A DNA stretch of 64,000 nucleotides from an uncultured Desulfarculus sp. (lineage in GTDB: Bacteria > Desulfobacterota > Desulfarculia > Desulfarculales > Desulfarculaceae), in NCBI GenBank assembly GCA_963665125.2, contig CAXXUK010000001.1, positions 160,001-224,000 on the forward strand, given 5' to 3'. A program made the translations under genes and the position numbers. Below are positions 37,901 through 47,991 of the stretch, one piece after another. The stretch's first letter is position 1. Each line of letters starts with the position of its first letter. The notes below the pieces were generated by a model, which was not told where the DNA came from, did not search any database, and saw nothing but the letters and a program-made list of their open reading frames with translations.

Positions 37901-39463
37901 TCAATAACGTTTTCGCCCAAAGGGAATACCAAGTTTTTTCATTTTATTGCGCAATGTCGAAGGGTTGATTTTCAAGAGACCGGCCGCGCCGTCCGGTCCG
38001 TGGACTTTGCCTCCGGTGATGTCGAGCGCGTGGCTGATATGGCCGGCGATCATCTCGTCAAGCCCCAGGCTGCCTGCCGCATTTATTGAATCGAGGAGCC
38101 GTTTCGGGCCTGCCTTGCTGTCGGCGGCCCCCAAACCGGCACCCAGCTCGCTAAAGTCGAGCATGTCGCCCGTTCGTAGAATCAAGGCTCGTTCAATGGA
38201 GTTTTCAAGTTCCCTGACATTGCCCGGCCAATCATAGCTCATCAACAACTGCAATGAATTGGAGTCGATGATGGGGGCATCGGCGATTCCCATGTCCATG
38301 GATTTCTTTTGGATGAAATAGTGGGCAAGTGACGGTATGTCTGAACGCCGCTGCCGCAGGGGCGGGATATTGATGGGGAATACCCGGAGGCGGTAATAGA
38401 GGTCTTCGCGGAATTGGCCGCTGTTCAGCATGGACGGCAGGTCCTTGTGGGTGGCCGCGATGATTCTGATGTCCACGTCAACCGGCTCGTCGCCGCCCAC
38501 ACGCTCGATATACCTCTCTTGCAGCACCCGTAGCAACCGGACCTGCACCTCCGGCGGCAACTCACCGATTTCGTCAAGGAAAATGGTACCCCCATGGGCC
38601 CGCTCGAAGCGGCCCCGCCTTTGAAAGGAAGCCCCGGTAAAGGCCCCTTTTACGTGGCCGAACAATTCGCTGTCTATCAACGTGTCCGGGATGGCCCCGC
38701 AGTTGACCTGGATGAACGGGCCGTTGCGGCGGTTGGACAGGTTGTGGATCAGGTTGGCGATGACTTCTTTGCCCGTGCCGGTCTCTCCCAGCAGTAAGAC
38801 CGGGCTGTTTAGCGGAGCGACCTGGCGGACCTGATCGATTACCGGCTTGAGGCCGAAATCCGCTCCGACGACCTCCGCCCCGGCTTTGCGTTTCAATTCA
38901 TCCTGAAAATAACGGCTGTCGTCTTCCAGGAGTTCCTTGAGCCGGTTTAATTCTCGAAAGCGTAAATAGTTGCTCAGGGCGATGGCAAAGGGCTCGTTCA
39001 ATAGCGACAGCAGGCGGGCCTGTTCGTTGTCGTACGGGGCGATTTCTCCGCGGATCAAAACGAGGCTGCCCAGCATCCTACCTTGCAGCTTGAGAAACAT
39101 CTGCATGGCCGATGAGTCCGGTGTTCCCATTTTGTCGGCAACCGGCGCAATAACGTCGTCTTCGAGGATGCGTTCTACGCATCGCACAGTGGCCGCGAAT
39201 TCCCGGTTTCCATACCAGCTAATGATTTTGCCATGAGTGTTGCGGCTCTGGCGGACCTGGACCGATGAAAGCTCGCTGACTTGATCGGTCGCGGCGGCCA
39301 GGACGCTGGATATGCGCATGCCTGGGTCATATGTGGCCAGTGCCGCGGACTCCAGGGGAATCATCTCCCGAATCAGTCCTAAACAATCACCCAGGGCCTT
39401 TTCAATTTCCAAGCTGCCGCAGATCTTGAGGGTGATGTCCCGGAAAAACTGGTTTTCGTTCAT
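37901..39463 (-). CDS. sigma54-dependent activator (GAF, AAA+, HTH)
   Basis: GETGTGKE, GAFTGA, WPGNVRELEN, INPSTLRNKM. Confidence 0.95.
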   Translation of the reverse strand: MNENQFFRDITLKICGSLEIEKALGDCLGLIREMIPLESAALATYDPGMRISSVLAAATDQVSELSSVQVRQSRNTHGKIISWYGNREFAATVRCVERILEDDVIAPVADKMGTPDSSAMQMFLKLQGRMLGSLVLIRGEIAPYDNEQARLLSLLNEPFAIALSNYLRFRELNRLKELLEDDSRYFQDELKRKAGAEVVGADFGLKPVIDQVRQVAPLNSPVLLLGETGTGKEVIANLIHNLSNRRNGPFIQVNCGAIPDTLIDSELFGHVKGAFTGASFQRRGRFERAHGGTIFLDEIGELPPEVQVRLLRVLQERYIERVGGDEPVDVDIRIIAATHKDLPSMLNSGQFREDLYYRLRVFPINIPPLRQRRSDIPSLAHYFIQKKSMDMGIADAPIIDSNSLQLLMSYDWPGNVRELENSIERALILRTGDMLDFSELGAGLGAADSKAGPKRLLDSINAAGSLGLDEMIAGHISHALDITGGKVHGPDGAAGLLKINPSTLRNKMKKLGIPFGRKRY

Positions 39464-39589
39464 GATCAACAGTCCGCCATAAAGTGCTTAATAAGGTAAT
39501 AAGTGCCAAATAAGATAACAATAAATTGCCGTATTAGGCAATGCCGAAGCACTCCACTTATAACTCGCAGTTAATAAAAGATAAATAAA

Positions 39590-39607
39590 ATGGCATGGGG
39601 CATGCAA
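39590..39607 (+). promoter_or_regulatory. sigma54 promoter, with upstream palindrome ATTGCCGTATTAGGCAAT (39525-39542)
   Basis: TGGCATGGGGCATGCA (GG-N10-GC), divergent from the activator gene. Confidence 0.7.
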
Positions 39608-39694
39608 AACGCTGTTCACGGCTTTGCCGATGTACGTGGTCCGCCGCCGGGCGGCCATGAATTTCCATAACCAGGTATCAGAGGAGATGCCCCA

Positions 39695-40402
39695 GTGGAC
39701 TACCAACACATCCTGTTTGAGGTGACTGACAACATAGCGGTGATAACCATGAACCGCCCCGAGTCGCTCAACGCCATCAGCTTGGACATGAAAAACGAAC
39801 TGGACGACGCCTTGGGTGAGGTCGAGAACAACGACGACATTCTGGTGGCCATTCTGGCCGGGGCCGGGCGGGCTTTTTCAGCGGGTCACGACAACAACGA
39901 CTCGCTGAGCTGCATGCCCAAGTTTGTGCGCATGCAAGAGGAGCGAAGGCTCTACAACCTGAGCAAGCCCATAATCGCCGCGGTCCAGGGATATGCCCTG
40001 GGCGACGGCCTGCAACAGGCCATATTGTGCGACATCATCATTGCCGCCGATGACGCGATCATGGCCTTTATCGGGCCCGAGGTCGGCGGGCTCTGCTACG
40101 GGTCCTTTACCGTGCTCCCGGCCATCATCGGACGTCAGCGGGCCAACGAATTGCTGTTTACCTGCAAGCGCGTATCCGCCGAAGAGGGCTACCGCATCGG
40201 CCTAGTCAACCAGGTGGTTCCCAACGACCAGCTTATGGATGCGGCAATGACCATGGCCCGCGCCATCGCCAAGCTTCCCCCCAAATCAATCCACTACACC
40301 AAACAGGCGCTCCGCAAGACCTTTGCCGATGAAAGCCACATGGCCGCCGTGGAAAAGGGTTGGGAAGACATTTTGAGCGGTCTGGACACCGCCGCGCACT
40401 AA
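39695..40402 (+). CDS. Enoyl-CoA hydratase/isomerase (crotonase) family protein
   Basis: ITMNRPESLNA, AFSAGHD, KPIIAAVQGYALG, IGLVNQVV. Confidence 0.9.
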   Translation: MDYQHILFEVTDNIAVITMNRPESLNAISLDMKNELDDALGEVENNDDILVAILAGAGRAFSAGHDNNDSLSCMPKFVRMQEERRLYNLSKPIIAAVQGYALGDGLQQAILCDIIIAADDAIMAFIGPEVGGLCYGSFTVLPAIIGRQRANELLFTCKRVSAEEGYRIGLVNQVVPNDQLMDAAMTMARAIAKLPPKSIHYTKQALRKTFADESHMAAVEKGWEDILSGLDTAAH

Positions 40403-40540
40403 CAGGTTGTTGAAAAAGTCCGTCCTGGCCTTTTTCAACTGCCAGTTGGCAAAAGCGTGGTTTCGCCAACTGGCTCAATTTGCTTGTTTTTGCAAAACCG
40501 CGCAAATTGGCGGGCTGCTATTCAATTGCCCGCCAACCTA
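40399..40540. repeat. Structured intergenic repeat (MITE/REP-like), copy 1
   Basis: Aligns by eye with 54935-55095; three hairpins; begins TAACAGGTTGTTGAAAAA. Confidence 0.8.
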
Positions 40541-40556
40541 TCGAAAGGACCGTCAG

Positions 40557-42104
40557 ATGCTGCCGAATATCGATTTCAACCTGGTCGACATGATCGACCG
40601 CCACGCCAGGCACGCCGGGTCCCGGCCCGCCTTTGTCTTCAACGGCAAAGTATCCACCTGGTCTGAATTTAATGCTCGGGTAAACCGGGTGGCCAATGCC
40701 CTGATCAAGGCCGGGCTGAAAAAAGGAGACAGGGTCTGCCTGTTGGCGCTGAACAGCCTAGACGCGGTCTCGGTTGTTTTTGGAACCATGCGGGCCGGAG
40801 GCGTCATCGCGCCACTATCGGTGATGCTCACGCCTGAGTTGGTGCTGAACCTGCTCAAGGACTCGGGTTCCAGGTATTTATTCGTGGACAAGGCCCTCAA
40901 ACCAGTGGCGGACAAGATACGGGGCGAACTGAGAGAAACCTCGGTGACCAGCTGCATCGGCATCGGCTTTGAGGACCACGGTTGGACTTCCTTTGACGCC
41001 TTTGTCGGAAACGCCTCCGACGCCGTGCCGGATGTGGTCTTTTGCGAAGATGATTTTGCGAATATTATCTACTCTTCCGGCACTACCGGCATTCCCAAGG
41101 GCATTATCCACTCCCACCGTGTAAGGGTTTTGTTCGGCTTCAGCATGGCCCTGGAAACCCGAATCAACGCGGAATCCCGGCCCATATTCGCCACGCCGCT
41201 TTTTACCAACGCCACCTGGATCATGCTGCTGCCCGTGGTGTTGGTGGGGGCCTGCGGAATCATGATGCAGGGCTTCAGCCCCGAGGCGTATCTGCAAACC
41301 ATTGCCGATCAAAAGGCCACCCACGGCTTTTTGGTGCCGACCCAGTACCAGCGAATCTTCGACATGCCCGATTTCGACAGCTATGACCTGTCCAGCCTGA
41401 AGGTCATGGTCAGCGGCGGCGGCTCAATGTCCCTGGCGGTCAAGCAGAAGGCCATGGAAAAACTGGGCGGCCGGTTCATGGAACTCTACGGCCTGACCGA
41501 GGGCGTAGGCACCACCCTGAACCTGGAGGACATGCCCCTTAAGACCGGTTCGGTGGGCACGCCCATCATCGGCACAGAGATCAGGATCATCGACGACAAC
41601 GGCGCCGAGTTGCCCAACGGCCAGGCCGGTGAGATCGTCGGCCACGGCGGCGGCATCATGAAGGGCTATCTCAATCGGCCCGAGGATTCCCTGGCCACGA
41701 TCTGGCGAGACGAAAGGGGCAGGGCGTTTCTGCGCACCGGCGATGTGGGCCGTTTGGACGAAGACGGCTACCTGTACCTGGTGGACCGCAAGAAAGACAT
41801 GATCGTCTCAGGCGGCATCAATGTCTACCCCAGCGACATCGAGCAGGTGCTTTGTGGCCACGCCGGTGTGGGCGAGGCGGCGGTCATCGGCGCGCCTCAC
41901 GCCGACTGGGGCGAGACGCCGCTGGCCGTGGTGGTCCGGGCCAAGGGCGCCGAAATCAACGGCGATGAACTCAAGGCCTGGGCCAACCAGCACCTGGCCA
42001 AGTACCAGCGTATCAGTGAAGTCGTGTTTCGGGATGAAGGCTTGCCCCGCAACGCCCTGGGCAAGGTGCTCAAAAACGAACTGCGCCAGCAATACACCGA
42101 CTAG
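40557..42104 (+). CDS. AMP-forming acyl/aryl-CoA ligase
   Basis: YSSGTTGIPKG, YGLTE, RTGDVG, NALGK; likely start ATG 40557 (the ORF-track extension is repeat sequence). Confidence 0.93.
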   Translation: MLPNIDFNLVDMIDRHARHAGSRPAFVFNGKVSTWSEFNARVNRVANALIKAGLKKGDRVCLLALNSLDAVSVVFGTMRAGGVIAPLSVMLTPELVLNLLKDSGSRYLFVDKALKPVADKIRGELRETSVTSCIGIGFEDHGWTSFDAFVGNASDAVPDVVFCEDDFANIIYSSGTTGIPKGIIHSHRVRVLFGFSMALETRINAESRPIFATPLFTNATWIMLLPVVLVGACGIMMQGFSPEAYLQTIADQKATHGFLVPTQYQRIFDMPDFDSYDLSSLKVMVSGGGSMSLAVKQKAMEKLGGRFMELYGLTEGVGTTLNLEDMPLKTGSVGTPIIGTEIRIIDDNGAELPNGQAGEIVGHGGGIMKGYLNRPEDSLATIWRDERGRAFLRTGDVGRLDEDGYLYLVDRKKDMIVSGGINVYPSDIEQVLCGHAGVGEAAVIGAPHADWGETPLAVVVRAKGAEINGDELKAWANQHLAKYQRISEVVFRDEGLPRNALGKVLKNELRQQYTD

Positions 42105-42244
42105 GCCCCTGCTGACGATACAAGAACAAGAGCTGTTTGGCCTGTGGCTGGTCGAGTGTGGCCCAACAGCCAAGGCTCAATGTGATGCACGACCCCGGGC
42201 ATCACATTGAGCCGATCTCAAACCGGAAATGAATAGGAGTGACC

Positions 42245-43603
42245 ATGAAAACATCTGTCGCCCATACCCGGGATTTCGACGCGACACCGTTGGACCAGGT
42301 GGAACCAAACAAACCAAAGAGCCTGAAGTCCGTCTTCATCCTCCTGTTCATGATCGTGCTGAATATTTTGAATTTCGTGGATAGACAGCTTTTGGCCAGC
42401 TTCGCGCCGGCCATCGTCAAGGACCTGGGCCTCAGCGACACCCAGTTCGGCCTGCTCAACGGCATAGTGTTCGTTCTTTTTTACGCCGTGATGGGCGTGG
42501 CCATGGGAGCCCTGGCCGACCGGTACCATCGGCCGCGCCTGATAGCCGTGGGGCTCGTTTTGTGGAGCGCCCTTACCGCGGCATCCGGCGCGGCCCGCAA
42601 TTTTGTCCAACTGGGCCTGGCCCGCATGCTCATAGGCGTCGGTGAGTCCACCCTGACCCCGGCCTGCATGTCCATGACGGCCGATTTGTTCCGGCCGGAG
42701 AAAAGGGGTGTTGCCTCGGGGGTGTATTATCTGGGCATTCCGATCGGAGCCGGAGCCAGTTTCGTGGTCGCGGGGATTTTGGGCGCCAAAATCGGCTGGC
42801 GCAACACCTTCTATCTGCTGGGCATAATCGGCGTGGCCATGTCCCTGCTGTTGTTGTTCATGAAAGATCCCCAGCGCGGCTTTTTTGATAAAGGCGTCAA
42901 GCCCGTTCAAAATGACGGAGCCAAGCCTTCGATAAAGGAAATCTTCTCATCGCTCAAAAACGTGCTGAAGAGTTCGCCGGCCCTGGTGTTGATAATCCTG
43001 GCTTGCACGGCCATCCATGTGCCCCTAGGCAACATGGCCTTTGAACAGCTTTGGCTGGTGCGCGAATGCGGATTGCCCCAGTCCCAGGCGGCGACCCTTT
43101 TCGGCGGCCTGTTCATCATCTCCGGCATCCTGGGCAACATCCTGGGCGGCGCAGGCGGAGACGCCTGGAACAAGCGCAGGCCTGGCGGAAGAGTCCTGTT
43201 CCTGGCCTGGATGCTGCTGGCCTTGTCTCCGTTCATCCTGGCCTACCGCTTCGTGAGCCCCGGAACCACGCTGTTCTACTGCGGCATGTTCATGCTGGGC
43301 ATCTACTACATGATGTTCTATGGTCCGGTCTTTGCGACCATCCAGGAATTGGTTCCCGTTAATATCCGTTCCACGGTGGTGGCCTTTTCGCTCCTGCTTT
43401 TCAATGTCATCGGCATCGGGGCCGGTGTGGGGCTCAGCGGGCTGTTGTCCGATCTGTTCCGCGCCCGCGGAGTGGCCCAGCCTTTGACCTGGGTCCTGTT
43501 TGTCTCCGGGCTTATTGGGGTCTTGGCCGTCCCCCTGTTTTTCCTGGCCTGGCGCTACTACCAGCGGGACCGCGACAGGCTTAAGGCCGTAGTTGCTTCG
43601 TAA
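42245..43603 (+). CDS. MFS transporter (spinster-like)
   Basis: LNFVDRQ, GALADRYHRPRL, GVGESTL. Confidence 0.9.
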   Translation: MKTSVAHTRDFDATPLDQVEPNKPKSLKSVFILLFMIVLNILNFVDRQLLASFAPAIVKDLGLSDTQFGLLNGIVFVLFYAVMGVAMGALADRYHRPRLIAVGLVLWSALTAASGAARNFVQLGLARMLIGVGESTLTPACMSMTADLFRPEKRGVASGVYYLGIPIGAGASFVVAGILGAKIGWRNTFYLLGIIGVAMSLLLLFMKDPQRGFFDKGVKPVQNDGAKPSIKEIFSSLKNVLKSSPALVLIILACTAIHVPLGNMAFEQLWLVRECGLPQSQAATLFGGLFIISGILGNILGGAGGDAWNKRRPGGRVLFLAWMLLALSPFILAYRFVSPGTTLFYCGMFMLGIYYMMFYGPVFATIQELVPVNIRSTVVAFSLLLFNVIGIGAGVGLSGLLSDLFRARGVAQPLTWVLFVSGLIGVLAVPLFFLAWRYYQRDRDRLKAVVAS

Positions 43604-43802
43604 GCCAAAGATCAGGTAAGAATTACTGATGCCCTGTAGCTGCCGCGTAATTGGTAGCTACAGGGTTAACAAGAGAATCCGCGTGCGGGAGTCTCTTGGT
43701 TACTGGATCAAAATCCACCGAGCATGCAATAGAACTATTACCTCTCTGCTTGCGGCGGCGTACGATTTTGGCCTTCAATGGCCGGCTGGCCTTTTTACGG
43801 CA

Positions 43803-44096
43803 TCAGCCTCCGGCCACCAGGGGGAAAAGCGCCACCAAGTCACCATCAGACAAGGGCTGATCAATGCCTTGGGGATGATGACGGTAGTGGCGCCCATTGA
43901 CCAGTATCTGCATTTCCGGCTTCAATCTGCCGGAAACAGGCTCGTTTAGCTCCCGCCAGAAATCCCGGCCATATTGGTCCACGATCAACGCCAGCAATTC
44001 GCCCAATGTGGTTTGTTCCACAACGACGGACAACTCCCTGACGCCGCCCAAGGCCTGGCGGACGGTGAAAAATGGTTTGATCGTTATTTTCGCCAA
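43803..44096 (-). CDS. MoaD/ThiS-family ubiquitin-like sulfur carrier
   Basis: ILVNGR...LSDGDLVALFPLVAGG with C-terminal GG; probable TTG start. Confidence 0.88.
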   Translation of the reverse strand: MAKITIKPFFTVRQALGGVRELSVVVEQTTLGELLALIVDQYGRDFWRELNEPVSGRLKPEMQILVNGRHYRHHPQGIDQPLSDGDLVALFPLVAGG

Positions 44097-44133
44097 ACAG
44101 GTCCCCGCCAACAGGCTGGTGCAAAGCAATCAG

Positions 44134-44943
44134 CTAGATGAGCCCCAGGTCCAGCAGAATCTTTTCCACCGCCAGCACGCTGGACGAATCCCGGGGCAAA
44201 TCAAACGTCGGTGCGCCGTTCAAATCGAATCTGGCGACATTGTCATCCAGCGGCACCGTACCCCAAAGCCCCAGGCCCATCCGGTCGGCTTTTTCCGCCA
44301 AACCATCGATTCGGCCCGAAACCCGGTTGACCACCAGACCAACCCGGCACTGGCCTTCCACGCCGTATTGGTCTGAAATCTTTAACAGGTATTCAGCCGT
44401 ACGAAGACCCTTGACCGTGGGATCGGAGACCATCAGCAGGTGGCTTATGCTGCTGATGACCCGTCTGTTGATCTGTTCGATCCCCGCCTCGCAATCGACG
44501 AGGGTGACCCGGTAGCGGCTGGCCAGGGATTCAATGCCGAACTTGAGCAGTTCATTGAGCCCGCAGTAGCACCCAGGCCCCTCGGACTGCCCCACAACCA
44601 ACAGGTCCAACCTTTCCCTTTGGATCAGGGCGTCTTCGATGATGATGTCCCTTACCGGGGTGTCGCCGCTGACCCGCCTTTTTTGCTCGGGGTCTTCGAT
44701 GATGCGCCTTCGCATATCACCCAACGTGCTCTGGGGTTCGGCTCCCACCGCATAGGTCAGACCCATTGGCGGATCGGCGTCCACCGCCAGGAGGCTTTGG
44801 CCCTTTTCGGTCAGCAGCCGGGCGATGATGGAGCTGATGGTGGTCTTGCCCGTACCGCCCTTGCCGGCCACGGCGATGACGGTGCGCGGTTGCGGGTCCG
44901 GCGCCGCATCGGATTTCAGTTTGGCGTTGCAAGCGTGACTCAT
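44134..44943 (-). CDS. cooC: CooC/AcsF-like MinD-family ATPase
   Basis: GKGGTGKTT, AVDADP, EGPGCYC, DCEAGIE. Confidence 0.8.
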   Translation of the reverse strand: MSHACNAKLKSDAAPDPQPRTVIAVAGKGGTGKTTISSIIARLLTEKGQSLLAVDADPPMGLTYAVGAEPQSTLGDMRRRIIEDPEQKRRVSGDTPVRDIIIEDALIQRERLDLLVVGQSEGPGCYCGLNELLKFGIESLASRYRVTLVDCEAGIEQINRRVISSISHLLMVSDPTVKGLRTAEYLLKISDQYGVEGQCRVGLVVNRVSGRIDGLAEKADRMGLGLWGTVPLDDNVARFDLNGAPTFDLPRDSSSVLAVEKILLDLGLI

Positions 44944-45761
44944 GCCGTTTGCTCTTTTTTCTGCCTGGGTCTGGCGCCCAGACGTTCAAAGCGTTCCTTG
45001 GCGAAAAGGGCCGCCCCCAGGGCCCCGACTATCTGCGGGTCTACCTTTTCCAGGGGTACGATTTGCACGCCCAGGACCTTTTCCAAGGCCTGGACCACGC
45101 CTGGGTTCTTGGCCACGCCGCCGGTCATGGCCACCTCTGGCCGGACTTTTACCTTTTTGGCCATTTTGCTGATGCGCTCGGCCATGGCCAGGTTGATTCC
45201 CGCTGCTATATCAGGCCTTTCCAGGCCATCGGCCAGCATGCACATCACGTCAAACTGGGCCAGCACGGTGCAGGTTTTGGTTACGCCAGCCGGTTTTGGG
45301 GCGTCAAAGGCCATGGGGCCCAGATCGTCCAACTCGACGCCGAGGACCTTGGCCATGCCTTCCAGGAAGCGCCCGGTGCCCGCGGCGCACTTGTCGTTCA
45401 TGGTGAAATCTTCCATGTAGCCGAGCTTGTCCACCCTGATCACCTTGCAGTCCTGGCCGCCTATGTCGATTACCGTGCGCACGGCGGGGTCCGCCCAGTG
45501 GGCGCCGCGGCCGTGACAAGAGATCTCGCTGATACTGCTGTCGGCAAAGGGGATCTTTTCCCGCCCATAGCCCGTGCTGACGCAGTAGTCGATGTCATCG
45601 TAATCCAAACCCGCCAGGCTCAACGCCCTGTCCATAGCCTCCTGGGCGGTCTGCTCGGGCCTGGGCCGCACGCGCATGATATGGTAGGCCAGGATTGCGT
45701 CATCGGAGAAAATCACGGCCTCACCGGACAGGGAGCCGACATCACATCCCGCAACAATCAT
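44940..45761 (-). CDS. ATP-dependent activase subunit (BzdQ/HgdC-like)
   Basis: STGYGR, DIGGQDCK, MNDKCAAGTGRFLE, TCTV, GGVAKN. Confidence 0.9.
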   Translation of the reverse strand: MIVAGCDVGSLSGEAVIFSDDAILAYHIMRVRPRPEQTAQEAMDRALSLAGLDYDDIDYCVSTGYGREKIPFADSSISEISCHGRGAHWADPAVRTVIDIGGQDCKVIRVDKLGYMEDFTMNDKCAAGTGRFLEGMAKVLGVELDDLGPMAFDAPKPAGVTKTCTVLAQFDVMCMLADGLERPDIAAGINLAMAERISKMAKKVKVRPEVAMTGGVAKNPGVVQALEKVLGVQIVPLEKVDPQIVGALGAALFAKERFERLGARPRQKKEQTA

Positions 45762-46552
45762 TTCAATCCCTCCGCCGCGAGTCCGCCGCCGTTGCCGCTC
45801 AGGGCCGCCCCCAAGGCGCAGACTATCTGCGGATCGTATTTGCTGAAGAGCCCCTTTGCTTCCAGCCGTGTTTCGACCTGTTCAACAATGGCCTTGTTTT
45901 TGGCCAGCCCCCCGGAAAAAACCAAGGTCTTCTCAACTCCCAGTCTGCGGGCCATGGTGACCACTCCGCTGGCCACGGAATTGGCCAGACCGGCGGCGAT
46001 ATCGGCCACGGCGGCTCCATCGTTGATATGGCTGACGATTTCACTCTCGCCGAAAACCGCGCACTGGCCGCTGATGTATACCGGCTTCCGCGATGTTTTC
46101 GCGGTATCGCCCATCTCCGTTACTGACAGTTCCAGGGCCTGGGCGGCAAGCTCCATGAAGAATCCCGTTCCCGAGGCGCAGCGGTCGTTGGTGCGGTATT
46201 CGCTGACCTTGCCCTGGCCGTCGATATTGATCAGCGTGGTGCTCAGACCGCCGATATCGACTATCGTGGCGCTGCCGTTGGCAAGCCACGCCCCCCCTAT
46301 GGCCAAACAGCTGAGTACGGTCTTGGGCTCGTTGTCCACGGGTATGTACTTGGCGCCCCAACCGGTGCCCACCACCACATCGATGTCTTTCATTGTCAAC
46401 GCCGCGCCGGCCAACACCTTTTCAATGGACGTCTTCGCCGATTCGGCAATCCGCCCCTGGTTGGGCGTCAGGTCAAAGGCGATCAATTTGCCGTCCTCGA
46501 CAATTGCCGTTTTGGTGGCCATGGCCCCCAAGTCGCAACCAATGCACTTCAT
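45758..46552 (-). CDS. ATP-dependent activase subunit (BzdP/BcrD-like)
   Basis: GCDLGA..TK, DIGG, NDRCASGTG, QCAVFGESE. Confidence 0.88.
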   Translation of the reverse strand: MKCIGCDLGAMATKTAIVEDGKLIAFDLTPNQGRIAESAKTSIEKVLAGAALTMKDIDVVVGTGWGAKYIPVDNEPKTVLSCLAIGGAWLANGSATIVDIGGLSTTLINIDGQGKVSEYRTNDRCASGTGFFMELAAQALELSVTEMGDTAKTSRKPVYISGQCAVFGESEIVSHINDGAAVADIAAGLANSVASGVVTMARRLGVEKTLVFSGGLAKNKAIVEQVETRLEAKGLFSKYDPQIVCALGAALSGNGGGLAAEGLK

Positions 46553-46591
46553 CGCAGTCTCCTTGCTGACAGAGTCCTCATTGCACAAGAA

Positions 46592-47986
46592 TCACTTGGT
46601 GCTCCAGAACTCGTTCATGATTCGCCTGAGTTCGGCCGGAGGAGTAAAGCGCTTGTCGAACATGTCCATTTCAAAGCGCAGTGTCGGCACCCCGGTCTCC
46701 TGCTTGACCTTGTCGCTTAAAAGCTTGTTCAGCGCCCAGAAGTGTTTGCACGACATATGTCCGCCCAGGATCAGGGCGTCGGCGTTCCAGGCCCGGACAA
46801 TGTCCACGAAGTCATTGATCCAGATGTCGGAAAAGCCCATTGCCTGGCGGCCCATGGGCATGTGCAGGGTGCGCCAGGCCAGGCCTTCGATGATGCTTTC
46901 GGTGCTGGAGGTGTCCACCAATCCCACATCAGGGCTGAAGTAGGTGAGCGTATCGGCGATATAGGTCACGCCGTGGGTTTCCTCAAGCCAGTGGTACAGC
47001 GGCATGTCGAACACAGTCCAGGTGTAGCCGTAGGCCACCCGCCGCTCGGTCTTGCCCACGGGGATAACCCCTATGCCGTTGTCGACCCTGTACTTGATCT
47101 CGTCATGGAGGGCCTTGAAATATTCAACGCCGAAAGGCGTGCCGATCTGGGTCAGGAAAATCGTATCTGCCGGGCGGTGCCAGCCCGTGTCGGGGAAAGG
47201 CTTTTTCTTGCGCAGCTCCTGGATGGCCAGATAATAGCTCATCAGCTGGTTGCCGTATTCGGCGTGTTCCTTGAGCTTGGCCTCGTCCAGGGTGCGTCCG
47301 GTGATCTTCTCAATCTGCTCGATCATGCGCTTGGTTTCGTCAATCATCCATTTGAGCCCGCGCTCGTTTTTATAATAGGGCGTTTCCAGGGCCACCAAGG
47401 GCGCCTTGAAATGATGCGCGGTCCATTGATAGAGCATGTTGCTGGCGTCGCAGGGGGCGGATGTGTTGATGATCAGGTCCGGCTTGGGCACGGTGCCCAT
47501 GAGAAGGTAGCCGGCCGTGCCCTTTTGGGTGGAGCACAGATGGTCCGGATAGCCTTCGGCTTCAATGCGGTCGATTCCCTCTTCGCAGCCGTCAATGTAA
47601 ATGGCCGCATCCAGGCCGCAAAACACCTCGTAGACCATGGGCGCCAACCCCATGGCCAGGATGATCTCCATGCTGATGGGGAAGTATTGGTAACAAACGG
47701 GCGCGCCGTTATCTATCCGGTCATTTAGCCAGTCCACATATTGCCCGAGGTTGTCCATGAAGGCATAGGCGCTGGTACGGTTTTTGTCTTTCAGTATCGT
47801 CTCAATAAGGTCTGGTTGAAGCTTGTCGAAAGTGGCCTGGTAATTTTCCGGCAGGATTTCACGGACAACCTCCCGTCCTCCCCAGTCGTCAAGGCTGCTG
47901 AGGCCTTCCTGGTCCAGGATGAATTTGGCCAGATCGGCGGTGGTTCTCCAATCATTCAAAACGGTGCGGTCTTTGTTGTCGCTCAT
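46592..47986 (-). CDS. Benzoyl-CoA reductase / 2-hydroxyacyl-CoA dehydratase family subunit (BzdO/HgdA-like)
   Basis: Three Cys ligands in HLCS, APCD and MSCK; GVPTLRFEMD. Confidence 0.85.
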   Translation of the reverse strand: MSDNKDRTVLNDWRTTADLAKFILDQEGLSSLDDWGGREVVREILPENYQATFDKLQPDLIETILKDKNRTSAYAFMDNLGQYVDWLNDRIDNGAPVCYQYFPISMEIILAMGLAPMVYEVFCGLDAAIYIDGCEEGIDRIEAEGYPDHLCSTQKGTAGYLLMGTVPKPDLIINTSAPCDASNMLYQWTAHHFKAPLVALETPYYKNERGLKWMIDETKRMIEQIEKITGRTLDEAKLKEHAEYGNQLMSYYLAIQELRKKKPFPDTGWHRPADTIFLTQIGTPFGVEYFKALHDEIKYRVDNGIGVIPVGKTERRVAYGYTWTVFDMPLYHWLEETHGVTYIADTLTYFSPDVGLVDTSSTESIIEGLAWRTLHMPMGRQAMGFSDIWINDFVDIVRAWNADALILGGHMSCKHFWALNKLLSDKVKQETGVPTLRFEMDMFDKRFTPPAELRRIMNEFWSTK

Positions 47987-47991
47987 TTCCC

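Noticed and set aside
40407..40556. N-terminal extension of the CoA ligase, and the similar ORF at 54928-55227
   Set aside because: Both are translations of the intergenic repeat, not conserved protein sequence
44949..46943. 664-aa + strand ORF and other long antisense ORFs (e.g. 48061-49149, 51690-52721)
   Set aside because: Shadow frames of GC-rich minus-strand genes that carry clear family motifs
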